IMG/VR virus record: IMGVR_UViG_3300035686_000080
Span: 1-48,580 of that record
Reading direction: 5' to 3' (one strand)
Origin: a virus
Taxonomy: Duplodnaviria > Caudoviricetes
Length of the DNA stretch: 48,580 nucleotides
Below, in pieces: positions 26,738-35,861 of this stretch. Both the position numbers and the translations under genes were made by a program. Below the pieces are notes generated by a model that had not been told where the DNA came from, did not search any database, and saw nothing but the letters and a program-made list of their open reading frames with translations. Within the stretch, counting starts at the first letter, position 1; each line of letters starts with the position of its first letter.

Positions 26738-28313
26738 CGTCGGGCTCCTTCGCGGTCGGCTGATCTGGATCGGTGTCGGCCTGGGCGGTCGCAGTGACGC
26801 GCCCCAGCTCGCGAGGCGGGACGAACGTCCCGGTCTCGTCTCGGCATTCGTCGATGATCTCGTCGACGTCGCTGACACCGAGTGCGGTCAGCAGCAGCCG
26901 CGCGACCTGCTCCGGCGGCAACGTGCCCGTGGAGTCGGCGTCGGCGATGGCCTTGACCAGCTGGGCGAGGTCGTGCTCCAGGATCGAGGGCCAGTCCACG
27001 TCGATCGTGTCGTCGGCGTCCGTCGGGAGGGTGACGATCTGCCGGTTCCCGTCCTGGACCCAGCTGCCCTTGAGCGGCCCTTTTGGGGCCTTGACCGACG
27101 CTTCGACGGCGTAGCCGAGGACCGCGCGGATGACTGACTCCCAGAGTGACCGGCGCATCTGCATCGCAAGCTCTGTCGGTCGGTCGAGTGTCTTCGCGGT
27201 CGCGAGGTTGCCGAGGTCGGCGTCGCCCATCAGCAGCGTGTACGGCAGGTCCAGGGCCGTGCCGACCATCATGGCAAGCGGTCGGCCGGACTCGGCGTCG
27301 ATCGTGGCGCCGGTCTTCGGGATCGGCTCCAGCTCCGTCATCCCGTCCGACACGAGCGTGGCGCCGGCGGCCGGTCGATGCCCGCCGCCCGTTCCGGCTC
27401 GGTTGTCGTCGATCTCGCGGCGCACCCGCGACACCATGCTGGTCTTCGTGCGGGCCTTCCACGCGAACCGCGACAACGCCTTCGTGATCGACGCCCAGTC
27501 CTCAAGGAACTCCTTGTAGGCGCGAGCCCAGTCCAGGGCTGCGTACACCTCCGGGAAGCCCCACGGCGAGTCCCCGAGGGAGTCGGTGCGGACGTGCAAG
27601 ACCGGCGAGTCCCAGTGGACCGGGTTGCCTGCGATCTCCTTCGTGCGATCAGCCTGGCGCGGCTGGAATCGGAAGTCTGGGTACCAAGCGACCCGCGCGC
27701 CCCCGACGTGGACGCCGTTGACCTCGTCGAAGACCCGCTGTGTCCATTCACGCTTGTAGTAGCGCCGCTCGGTGGCGTCTTCGGGGCTGGTGACGATGTC
27801 GGTGATCTGGCTGGCCGGGATGCGCCGGACCTGCACCCGGCCGGTCAGCGGGCTCGTGAACAGGGTCAGGAAGACGTTGCCGTCGAGCTCGACCTCGCGC
27901 TCGCGCTCGGCGTGGGCCTGATTGGAGAACAGGACCGCCTGGTTGCCTTCGTCGTCCATCAGCGCCTGGATAAGCTTCTGCACCTTCTCGTCCCGGGCGG
28001 TGATGGTCACTCCCTGGCCCCAGACGTAAAACGTCTTGAGGCGCACGGCGCGCCGGATGAGCGGGTGCGCGGCGTAGTACAGCCAGGCCCGGGCGCTGAT
28101 CTGCGTGAGCCCGGCGCGGGTGAGCAGGTCTTGGCCGACGCTGGCGCCCATGCGCTGCCAGCCGCGCTCGTCCGCAGTTAGCTCGACCAGCCTCTCCTGC
28201 AGCATCAGGTTGGTGTCCTGCTCCGCACGCAGCTGCTCGGCAAGCTCGTCGGTAGGCGACAAGGCGGGTGCGGCCTCAGCTTCGGAGACGCTGCGGGCGA
28301 ACGGCCAGCGCAT
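26718..28313 (-). CDS. Portal protein, 531 aa
   Basis: Follows terminase; HPLIRRAV.L...YVWGQGV, DGNVF, GNLATA.TLD.P motifs. Confidence 0.88.
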   Translation of the reverse strand: MRWPFARSVSEAEAAPALSPTDELAEQLRAEQDTNLMLQERLVELTADERGWQRMGASVGQDLLTRAGLTQISARAWLYYAAHPLIRRAVRLKTFYVWGQGVTITARDEKVQKLIQALMDDEGNQAVLFSNQAHAEREREVELDGNVFLTLFTSPLTGRVQVRRIPASQITDIVTSPEDATERRYYKREWTQRVFDEVNGVHVGGARVAWYPDFRFQPRQADRTKEIAGNPVHWDSPVLHVRTDSLGDSPWGFPEVYAALDWARAYKEFLEDWASITKALSRFAWKARTKTSMVSRVRREIDDNRAGTGGGHRPAAGATLVSDGMTELEPIPKTGATIDAESGRPLAMMVGTALDLPYTLLMGDADLGNLATAKTLDRPTELAMQMRRSLWESVIRAVLGYAVEASVKAPKGPLKGSWVQDGNRQIVTLPTDADDTIDVDWPSILEHDLAQLVKAIADADSTGTLPPEQVARLLLTALGVSDVDEIIDECRDETGTFVPPRELGRVTATAQADTDPDQPTAKEPDDATRDQ

Positions 28314-28335
28314 CAGGTCTCCTTCGGGCTCGCGG

Positions 28336-29808
28336 TCATAGATCTGGGCCGATGCTGACCCGTTCGTAGCCCAGGTCGTCGTCATAGACGTCGTCACCGT
28401 CGGCTGAGGCCGGCGCCCAGTAATCCAGGGCAACCCGGGCCCCGTACGCGCCCGTGTCGACCTGGTCGTCGTGCTTGGTATTCGGGAAGTCAGCGTGCTC
28501 GTCAAGCCACTCGTCCAGCCAGGGCGCGTCCGCGGGCAGCCACACCCGCTTCTGGCGTACCAGCCCCGCATAGGGCAGGGCGCGGGTCAGTTTGTCCACG
28601 TCGGCGTGCAGCTCGGCGATCGGGACACCAGCCTCGCCCATCGCGTACACCAGCCGGGTCCCGAACATCCGCGACTCGACATGGGTTACATCGAAGGGCT
28701 GCAACCAGCGTTGCCGCAGTGGTGCGACGAACGCCGCGTGGTCGAGTTCGGGCACCCGCTCGCGCTTGCGGTCCAGCACCAGCAGATCCCCCGTCGGCAT
28801 CACCGCCCACACGGTGGCGACTGTCCAGTCCGCCGACGTCTTGAGCGACGTCGCGAGGTCGATCGTGATGTACCGGAAGGCGTCAGCGAGATCGAAGGCG
28901 TCGCCGTCCAGGCGCACCCGGTTACCGTCGAGCGGCTGCCAGAACTGCCAGTCGCCGCGCTTGAAGATGTTGCCCTCGGCGGTGGTCGGGTTCTGCTGGT
29001 ACACCGAGGCCCACACGTACGGCGACCGGAGGCTCTTGGTCTTGACGAACCAGCCTGGGTCTTTGGTTGCCGACACCAGCTCTTGGCCGGCTCGGCGGCC
29101 GGTCGGGTCGTCGTCGCTGGTCGCGATCGCGGGGACGGACACCGTGCGCCACTCCCGGGGCTCGCGGGCCTTGAACCGGCCAGCCATGTCGTCGGTGTGC
29201 CAGCGAGTCATCATCAGCACGACGGCGCCGCGGCGCGACAGGCGTGTCGAGCCGACGTTCTCCCACCAGTCCCAGGCTCGTTGCCGGTAGGTTTCGGACT
29301 CGGCTTCTGCCCGGCCCTTGAGCGGGTCGTCGATGATCAGCACGTCGATCGGCTGCCCGGTCAAAGCGCCGCCGATGCCGACGCAGTACACCCCGCCGCC
29401 TTGCACGGTCTGCCACCGCCCGGCGGCTTGGGAGTCCTTCCGCAGGTCGATCCCGAGCTCGGGATGCATCTCGAGGTCGAGCTTGATGTCTCGGCCCCAG
29501 CGGACCGCCAGTTCCTTCTCGTAAGACACGATCCCGATCCGCAACGTGGGGTCGTGCTCAAGCAGCCAGGTCGGGAACCGCCGCGACACCCGCTGGCTCT
29601 TGCCCTCCTGTGGCGGCATGAACACCATCAGTCGGCGCGAGTGGCCTTCGGCGACCTTGACCAGTTCGGCGTCGATGAGTTCGAGCGCTGGGGTCTGCCG
29701 GGTCGACGGGTCGAGTTCGACCGCCATCAGGCCGGGCGTGGCCCAGCGGCGCGGTTTGACCTCGAACTGCCGGGCCGCGTGCTCAGCCCAGTCGAGGGTC
29801 GCTGACAC
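28336..29808 (-). CDS. Terminase large subunit
   Basis: MPPQEGKS Walker A, LIIDDP Walker B, MTRWH.DD, YQQ.P, IDLA, HDDQVD nuclease motifs. Confidence 0.95.
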   Translation of the reverse strand: MSATLDWAEHAARQFEVKPRRWATPGLMAVELDPSTRQTPALELIDAELVKVAEGHSRRLMVFMPPQEGKSQRVSRRFPTWLLEHDPTLRIGIVSYEKELAVRWGRDIKLDLEMHPELGIDLRKDSQAAGRWQTVQGGGVYCVGIGGALTGQPIDVLIIDDPLKGRAEAESETYRQRAWDWWENVGSTRLSRRGAVVLMMTRWHTDDMAGRFKAREPREWRTVSVPAIATSDDDPTGRRAGQELVSATKDPGWFVKTKSLRSPYVWASVYQQNPTTAEGNIFKRGDWQFWQPLDGNRVRLDGDAFDLADAFRYITIDLATSLKTSADWTVATVWAVMPTGDLLVLDRKRERVPELDHAAFVAPLRQRWLQPFDVTHVESRMFGTRLVYAMGEAGVPIAELHADVDKLTRALPYAGLVRQKRVWLPADAPWLDEWLDEHADFPNTKHDDQVDTGAYGARVALDYWAPASADGDDVYDDDLGYERVSIGPDL

Positions 29809-29896
29809 TCAGAGCCGGGGCCAGTTGTGATTGCGCATGCTCCGGCCGCCTTCGTGGTGGGTGAGGTTCAGCGACCTCGCCCAGCGGCAGGGTCGG

Positions 29897-30046
29897 TCAA
29901 ATGCAGGGCAGCCCGCACGGCTGGCCGAGGACCTTCTCGTACCGACAGTGCGAGCAGATGACGTAGGTGACCGGCTTGCGGGTCGCCAGTCTCAAGGCCA
30001 GCGCCGTGGGCGTGGCGGTGCTGTAGACGAGCCGCGTGGCGCTCAC
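29897..30046 (-). CDS. Small Cys-rich hypothetical protein, 49 aa
   Basis: GTGA overlap with upstream gene; CSHC...PCGLPC. Confidence 0.5.
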   Translation of the reverse strand: MSATRLVYSTATPTALALRLATRKPVTYVICSHCRYEKVLGQPCGLPCI

Positions 30047-30714
30047 GCGGCACCTCCGGTCAGCAGCCGCAGCTTCACGGGCACGATCTGAGGCACCAGC
30101 GCCAACTGCTCCGGGGTCAGGTTCAGCGCGTCGAGGATCTGCTTGATCGCGTCGGCGACCAGCGCGCCCTGCTGCTCGGCCAGGCGGACCTTCCGCTCTT
30201 CGATGCCGGCCCTGATGGCCTCCGAGCACACCTTGACGAGGTGCTGGCGCTCTTCCAGGAGCATCTGCCGGTAGATGTGCGGCTTGGCCTCTTCGGTGGT
30301 GCCTGCGTCCTCGCCGCCGGTCTTGTGCTTCGTCTTGCCCCAGGTCAGCGCGGCCTCGTCCAGCTCGGAGACCTTCTCGCGCAGCCACGCGACGTAGCCG
30401 GCGGTCCACTTCACCTCGTCGAGCAGCGCCTCGGTGGCGGTGGTCTCGATCGGCCGGCCGTAGGTGGTCACAATGATCCTCGCCTTCCGCTCGGTCTCGC
30501 GCGCCCGGCCAGCGGCCCGGGCTTTCTTGGTGACCCCGTGGGAGGAGCAGACGTCGAGGCCGACCATGGCCGGCCGGCGGCACGCAGGCCGCTCAACCTC
30601 CGGGTAGAACACCCGATTGCCGTCGGCGTCGAGGTAGGACTTCCGGTGCCCCTTGCAGGGACGGGTGCCGGGGATCGCCGAGGCGTGGGCTTGGCCGCAC
30701 TTCTCGCAGGTCAT
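30043..30714 (-). CDS. Putative terminase small subunit
   Basis: Upstream of terminase; C......G..VC..HG motif, ALL.EV...AG.V.WL, ER..L......AI.AG.EER.V.LAE. Confidence 0.75.
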   Translation of the reverse strand: MTCEKCGQAHASAIPGTRPCKGHRKSYLDADGNRVFYPEVERPACRRPAMVGLDVCSSHGVTKKARAAGRARETERKARIIVTTYGRPIETTATEALLDEVKWTAGYVAWLREKVSELDEAALTWGKTKHKTGGEDAGTTEEAKPHIYRQMLLEERQHLVKVCSEAIRAGIEERKVRLAEQQGALVADAIKQILDALNLTPEQLALVPQIVPVKLRLLTGGAA

Positions 30715-30881
30715 GGTCGCGGCGGCTGGAAGACGCTCTCGCGGCGGACCGGCAAATCGTCAACCGCACCACACCGGTCGCAGACCCGGAGGGCGGTCCG
30801 GTAGCCGCGCGCGAGGTCGTCGTAGGTGGTGGTGTCCACGTCGTGGAAGGCGTGCTCCCGTCCAGCGCAGTCCTGAATCAC
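30711..30881 (-). CDS. Small hypothetical protein, 56 aa
   Basis: Manual translation MIQDCAGREHAFHDVDTTTYDD...VCDRCG...; GGAG RBS; ATGA overlap. Confidence 0.5.
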   Translation of the reverse strand: MIQDCAGREHAFHDVDTTTYDDLARGYRTALRVCDRCGAVDDLPVRRESVFQPPRP

Positions 30882-30901
30882 TCGGTCACGCTCCGGTCCC
30901 G

Positions 30902-30941
30902 AAAAGCGCGAACCCCGGGCACCGTGTGGCTGTCCGGGGTT
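30902..30941 (-). terminator. Hairpin in late-operon leader
   Basis: Minus strand aaccccggaca-N9-tgcccggggtt followed by cgcgctttt. Confidence 0.55.
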
Positions 30942-30969
30942 TCTGGGCAGGGGCTACCTGCACCAGGAC

Positions 30970-30998
30970 AGCGTCGCACACGAACATCACACGCGCAA
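30970..30998 (-). promoter_or_regulatory. Putative late promoter
   Basis: TTGCGC-N17-GACGCT in the only sizeable gap between early and late genes. Confidence 0.45.
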
Positions 30999-31003
30999 GC
31001 ACT

Positions 31004-31246
31004 TCACTCATGGGGCGCAGCATCGGTTACGGACCGGGCGGCCAGAACCGCATTCCCCCAAGTCTCTGCCACGACGGCCATCCGATCCCGCTCCCGGCAC
31101 ACTGCCCCATAGCCTGCCGTGATCCACGTGCCACCGTCGCGCCGTACAGGCTTCAACCGCTCCGCCTCGGCCGACAGATCCACCAGTAGTCGCTGGGCCT
31201 CGGCGGCGGCGGCTTCAAGCGCCCCGATCACCTGGTCGATCATCAT
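31004..31246 (-). CDS. Hypothetical protein, 80 aa
   Basis: ATGA overlap with upstream gene. Confidence 0.55.
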   Translation of the reverse strand: MMIDQVIGALEAAAAEAQRLLVDLSAEAERLKPVRRDGGTWITAGYGAVCRERDRMAVVAETWGNAVLAARSVTDAAPHE

Positions 31247-32256
31247 GCTCCGATCTGTCGTCGTTCCGGGTCGGCCTTCACGCGCGCTACGACCTGACCC
31301 ACCCGGTACAGCGGCTGCTGCCCGGTCACTGAGCACGCGACCTGCTCGATCGGGTGCTCCTCATAGGCCAACGGCGGGTCGCCGGGCTTCCACCGTGCCG
31401 CCTTGGACGCCCACTCACGGGTGCGCTCGGCCCAGTTGCGGATGGTGGCCGGCTTGACCCGGTATCCGGCCTCGGCCAGGGCGTGGGCGATGACAGGGCC
31501 GGGCGCGATCTGGTCAGCTGAGGCCTTGTCGATCCAGGCGGCCTGGTCGTCGGCGTCGTACTCGGCGCCACACTCCCGGCAGACGATCGTCTTGGCGCCA
31601 ACCCGCGCTTTGAGGTCCGCACCGCAGGGTTCGGGGGCACCCACTTCGAGCTGGGGGTAGATCCTCTCACCGCCACCGTCCACGGCCGCGCTGATGGTGA
31701 CTGGTCTCTGCACTGCCCGGCAGGAGCCGGCGTAGCGGTACTCCCGATTGTCGACCGCGGCGCGAAGCTCGGACTGGAGCGCCTTGAGGTCGGCCAGCAA
31801 CTGCGGCGCCCACTCGTCCTGCCGAATGGAGTCGATGTGCGCGACAAGCCATGTGGCCATGTCCTCGGTGCGGTCGAACAGCGGCCCGCCGGCGCGGATG
31901 GCGCGGCAGGAGTCGTGCTGGCAGCCGCCGACCGGGTGGGCTGGCCCGTGGTATCGCTCGACACCGCGGCTCTCGCAGAGGTGGCGGATCCAGGTGGACA
32001 GCCCGTTGCGGACCCGGTCGGCCAGGTCGGAGGCGTGGACGTCGAACGGCAGCGGCGACTCGGCTGCCTTGGTGGGCTTCCCGCCGCCGCCTCGGCTGGT
32101 GCGGGACTGCCGGGTGATGGTGACCTGGAGGTCGGTGAGGGTGGCGGGCAACTCGGCCAGGATCCGCTCGAGCACCCGGGTGCACCGGTGGCAGAGGTAG
32201 CCGTCGGCGCTGGGTCGCTCGCAGTCGGCGGCTTGGCAGGTGGGCTGGTCGGTCAC
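31243..32256 (-). CDS. Zn-finger/HTH protein, putative late-gene regulator
   Basis: C....C.......LC..C, CG.DL.......C..CG, TIRNWA.R and LYRVG.V; end of early region. Confidence 0.7.
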   Translation of the reverse strand: MTDQPTCQAADCERPSADGYLCHRCTRVLERILAELPATLTDLQVTITRQSRTSRGGGGKPTKAAESPLPFDVHASDLADRVRNGLSTWIRHLCESRGVERYHGPAHPVGGCQHDSCRAIRAGGPLFDRTEDMATWLVAHIDSIRQDEWAPQLLADLKALQSELRAAVDNREYRYAGSCRAVQRPVTISAAVDGGGERIYPQLEVGAPEPCGADLKARVGAKTIVCRECGAEYDADDQAAWIDKASADQIAPGPVIAHALAEAGYRVKPATIRNWAERTREWASKAARWKPGDPPLAYEEHPIEQVACSVTGQQPLYRVGQVVARVKADPERRQIGA

Positions 32257-32430
32257 TCAGTACGCGCCTTCCGGGTCGAGGGGCCCGGAGTGGCCTCGTA
32301 GTAGGCCGCAGCGCACCAGGACGCCTCCCGGGTCTACGGAACCCAGGATCGCCCGCTGGACACTCGGGCAGGGCTCGGTGGTTGTTGCTTCAATACGGGC
32401 GGGCTGGTCTGGTACGGGTCGAAGGCTCAT
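32257..32430 (-). CDS. Small hypothetical protein, 57 aa
   Basis: Manual translation with RCGLLRGHSGP motif; ATGA overlap and AGGAG RBS. Confidence 0.5.
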   Translation of the reverse strand: MSLRPVPDQPARIEATTTEPCPSVQRAILGSVDPGGVLVRCGLLRGHSGPLDPEGAY

Positions 32431-33047
32431 TCGGTGTCTCCTAGGTCGCGCAGTACCTGCTCAGCGAGGTCGCGGAGGGCTTCCAGGGCGGGGCAGGCGC
32501 CGACGGATCGGCCGTAGGGTCGATCCAAGGTGGCCGTCATGCACCACGGGTTGGACGCGTCCCGATCATGAAGCGCCAACTGCTTGCGGAAGGTGGCTTC
32601 TACTGCCCGCCAATGGTCAGGACCGGAAGCGGCGATCATCCGACCAGCAGCCGGGCTCAGCAGTTCGACCAGCTCGCTCAGGGCGTACTCGCTGGCAATC
32701 GGCTGCTGCCGTTCGGCCTCCTGAGCGACCCGTCCGGCTGCGTCTGCTGCTCGCGTGAGCAGCTCAACAGTGTCGACTGATATGGGGATGTTGGGTGTAG
32801 GCGCGGTCGTCGCTGCAATGTCGTCATAACGGCTCATAGGCGCTGCCTCAGCCGCGGTCACCTCTGGATCGGCTAAGCCTCGCCAGTGGTGCCGTAGGAC
32901 TTCGTCCAGGACTTCCCAGGGGGGCGCCTCGCGTTTATTGCCACCCGCCGCTATCCAGGCCGCGCGCCTTGCCTCGTAACGTGCCCTGGCTGCGAACTCA
33001 GCGGCTCGGTCCTCGTCGGCCAGCAGGGCACGCATCGGGTCAGCCAT
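32427..33047 (-). CDS. Hypothetical protein; C-terminal half paralogous to 43724-44065
   Basis: Shared blocks LLTRAADAAG, IAASGPDHWRAVEAT, LAEQVLRDL. Confidence 0.7.
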   Translation of the reverse strand: MADPMRALLADEDRAAEFAARARYEARRAAWIAAGGNKREAPPWEVLDEVLRHHWRGLADPEVTAAEAAPMSRYDDIAATTAPTPNIPISVDTVELLTRAADAAGRVAQEAERQQPIASEYALSELVELLSPAAGRMIAASGPDHWRAVEATFRKQLALHDRDASNPWCMTATLDRPYGRSVGACPALEALRDLAEQVLRDLGDTE

Positions 33048-33222
33048 TGGGCTGCACCTCCCCGCCCCAGGTGATCACGCCGGAGTGCTTGCCCTCGTGA
33101 CCTTCTGGCCGGACGCACCGGACGTCTTGGCTCTCGTCGCGCTCGCTCTCGGCTTCCCATAGCTGGACCGGCATCTCCGCGACGCAGGTGGCTGCCCGGC
33201 GTGTTGGGTGCTCACCGCTCAT
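33040..33222 (-). CDS. Small hypothetical protein with C....GH.G.H motif, 60 aa
   Basis: RCVRPEGHEGKH; coupled ORF. Confidence 0.6.
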   Translation of the reverse strand: MSGEHPTRRAATCVAEMPVQLWEAESERDESQDVRCVRPEGHEGKHSGVITWGGEVQPNG

Positions 33223-34442
33223 CGCTGGCCGTCCTGCTCAGCGGGCGCCGCGATGTTCTGCTGCTCTGGGCCGCATGACGGACACTCAGCCCCGACAGGG
33301 ATCGAATGAAGGCCGTTGTGGCAGTAGGTGTGGGCCACGGTGAACGCCGCTGGCGGCGCGTTGCGGTATTCCTCGATCGACCGCTTCAGCGCTTCGACGT
33401 CAGTCGTAGGCGGCAGGCCAAGGCTGTGCCGATCGAACTGCTCCGCTGGATCTGACAGCAAGGCGTCGAACGTCGGCTCGGTTGGGGTAGCCACCGGGCC
33501 AGCGACCGGCTCGCAGCAGTCGCGAATCCGACCCTCGACCTCGGCGCCCTCCTCGTGATGGTGGAACACCTTCGCGAACTCGCCATCGGTCAGCTGCTCC
33601 GGGGTAGCTACCGGAACAGCAGAACCGGCGGCGGGCTCCTCCAACGCGATCTCGGCGGCGTGGCGGTAAGCGTCACGCATCCCGTTGAAGGTGTCGCGGG
33701 GCATGTACTGCGCCGATGCTGGGCAGGCTGATCGAATCTCAGCGGCGATCCGTTGCCGTTCGTCGGCACGGACACGGGCGTCACGCTCGCGGTTGGCTGA
33801 CAGCTCAGCGCCAAGCATCTCCAGCGCGTCCTCGTAGGTCACTGTTCCGGCCGGGATGATGCCGGTGACAAGCTCCGTGATGAACGAAGCCAGTCGTGTC
33901 CGCTCTTCTGCTTTGGCCTCAGCTTGGACACGGGCAGCGATCTCTCGACACAGAGGGCGCAGGGTGGTGAGCACGTCGTCCATGCCGCTGGCCACCACGT
34001 AGTGAACACGGCGCCCAGCCCACTCCTTGATGACAGCGTCGACCGCTTCCTCTGTCACCTCGACAGGTCCCGCAGGCACCGACGACACCACAGGAGACGG
34101 CGCGGACGCCACCTTCGGGTAAGCCTGACCGCATGGCACGCACTGCCAAAACGTGGTCATGCCGCGAGTGAACGAAGCCGAGACTCGGCGGTCAGATCCG
34201 CAGTTTGGGCAGTCCCGCTCGACCGGCTTGGGCTCTCCCGCCACCGACTCGGGCAGGATCACTCCGGCAGCGCGACTCTCGGCGACGGCCTCACGCAGCC
34301 GCTGCCCGGCGTTGTCGTCGGTGTCCAGCAGGTGGCCGACGATCCCTGAGCCGTGCTCCTCCAGCAGCGTCATGACCTGCTGCGCGGCGAGCGCCAACCG
34401 CATCTCTCGCTGCCGATCAGCTGTCACCTCGGGGGCGTTCAC
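33219..34442 (-). CDS. Mosaic hypothetical protein with Zn-ribbons, 407 aa
   Basis: CPNCG...CVPCG and C-terminal C...H.......CPSC; coupled to neighbours. Confidence 0.65.
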   Translation of the reverse strand: MNAPEVTADRQREMRLALAAQQVMTLLEEHGSGIVGHLLDTDDNAGQRLREAVAESRAAGVILPESVAGEPKPVERDCPNCGSDRRVSASFTRGMTTFWQCVPCGQAYPKVASAPSPVVSSVPAGPVEVTEEAVDAVIKEWAGRRVHYVVASGMDDVLTTLRPLCREIAARVQAEAKAEERTRLASFITELVTGIIPAGTVTYEDALEMLGAELSANRERDARVRADERQRIAAEIRSACPASAQYMPRDTFNGMRDAYRHAAEIALEEPAAGSAVPVATPEQLTDGEFAKVFHHHEEGAEVEGRIRDCCEPVAGPVATPTEPTFDALLSDPAEQFDRHSLGLPPTTDVEALKRSIEEYRNAPPAAFTVAHTYCHNGLHSIPVGAECPSCGPEQQNIAAPAEQDGQR

Positions 34443-34744
34443 GACTGCGAGTCACTCTCAGATGAGAGTCTGTAAGCCGCACGAATGCGTTCGGCGACTT
34501 CGGCCGGCGGCGTCCCGGTCTCCATCGCGTGCACCCAGACGTCCAGCGCCGAGCCGTAGTCCCTGACCCGGACATCGGCGTCACTCAGCATCCGGTCGAT
34601 GATCTCGCGCAGGTGGGGCACTGGCCCGGTTGTATGGGCAGCTGCCTGCCTGCGACGGGCATCGGCAAGGATCGGCTCAACCAGCCCGTCCTCCAGTCCT
34701 GCCACGTAGGCGTCCACTTCGGCGAAGGTCGGTTCGGTGCTCAC
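34439..34744 (-). CDS. Hypothetical protein, 101 aa
   Basis: 4-bp overlaps on both sides. Confidence 0.6.
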   Translation of the reverse strand: MSTEPTFAEVDAYVAGLEDGLVEPILADARRRQAAAHTTGPVPHLREIIDRMLSDADVRVRDYGSALDVWVHAMETGTPPAEVAERIRAAYRLSSESDSQS

Positions 34745-35067
34745 GACTGCACCGCCTGCAGCCGGTCGATCTCAGCCGCGATCAGCGCGCCAGCCTTGAC
34801 CAGCTCACGGACCCGATCATCCGGAGTTGGACGCCAGAACCGCGCCGCCCACGGCCAGGTGACTGGAACGCTCGGCGAGCCTGCCTCGTTCGCGGACTTG
34901 AAGCGCCGCCAAGTCGAGGGGATTGCGTAGGCGCAAGCAGCCAGCGCCAGGGACTCGTCCACGTGCTCGGCATCGTGCCGCTGGCTGTAGCCCTCTTCGT
35001 CGATCTGCCGCTGCCGCTCGGCTGCGATCAAACCTGCTCCGGTCATTGGCTGCGTTTCGGTGCTCAT
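34741..35067 (-). CDS. Conserved phage protein (AERQRQ...WPW...LVKAGALIAAEIDRL family), 108 aa
   Basis: Recognisable widespread phage motif set; function unknown to me. Confidence 0.75.
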   Translation of the reverse strand: MSTETQPMTGAGLIAAERQRQIDEEGYSQRHDAEHVDESLALAACAYAIPSTWRRFKSANEAGSPSVPVTWPWAARFWRPTPDDRVRELVKAGALIAAEIDRLQAVQS

Positions 35068-35861
35068 CAGGCTGTCCTCGTCTCGGGTTGGGTGTCCACA
35101 GGTCCGCCCACCGGCGGGGACACGACAGGTCGGTGATCGCATCTGGCGATCGGGTCACGGGTGACCGGATCCTCGATGAACCCGTTGTCGTCGCAGCGGC
35201 CGCAGTTGTCGATGGCCATGCGGCAGCTCAGCGCTTGCGCCGCGGTGGTCGTTTCGGCGGCGCCGGCAGACTTCTCACCGGCGACCATGCAGCCCCGGCA
35301 GGGCGGGACCTGGTCTTCGGGCAGTCCTCGGTGTGCTACGCATCGGGGGGGCTGCGTGGCGTCGGGCGGGCCTAGCGTTTCGTGACGATGCCCCCCTGGG
35401 ATGAGTTCTACGGAAGTACTTCTTGTCTCTATCTCTCTCTCTACCTCTGGTGCGTTGCTGACCCGTTGCAAAGACTGTTGTTGCAACGTTGCAACGCCGT
35501 TCCCATCAGGTTTCGCGCGGTGCTTGCGGCTGCGCTCGGTGACGTTGTCCGACTCGGGCTGCCGCTTCGGCCAGTTCGTCACCACCATGACGTCGCCGTC
35601 CCAGTGCAACATCACCAACCGAACCATCAGGTCGACGGCCGCGGTGACCTCGCGTTCGCGCACGTCGGCGTAGTCGGCCAGCTCGGGCAGGGTCATGGGC
35701 AGCGACTCGGTCACCATCAGCCGGCCCGGCACTGGCGACTCGCGCGCGGCGGCCATCACCGCAGTCCATACCCAGCGTTGCGCCGGCGACAGCCTGCGAA
35801 CCTTCCGGTCGGTGATGGCCTCGGTGTAGAACCGGAACCACGGCATGGGCTTGCGAGGCAT
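35067..35861 (-). CDS. Phage replication initiator / replisome-organizer-like protein
   Basis: PWFRFY.E...D.K...L, NW.KRQ, ER.RKHR motifs; Cys-rich C-terminus. Confidence 0.75.
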   Translation of the reverse strand: MPRKPMPWFRFYTEAITDRKVRRLSPAQRWVWTAVMAAARESPVPGRLMVTESLPMTLPELADYADVREREVTAAVDLMVRLVMLHWDGDVMVVTNWPKRQPESDNVTERSRKHRAKPDGNGVATLQQQSLQRVSNAPEVEREIETRSTSVELIPGGHRHETLGPPDATQPPRCVAHRGLPEDQVPPCRGCMVAGEKSAGAAETTTAAQALSCRMAIDNCGRCDDNGFIEDPVTRDPIARCDHRPVVSPPVGGPVDTQPETRTA

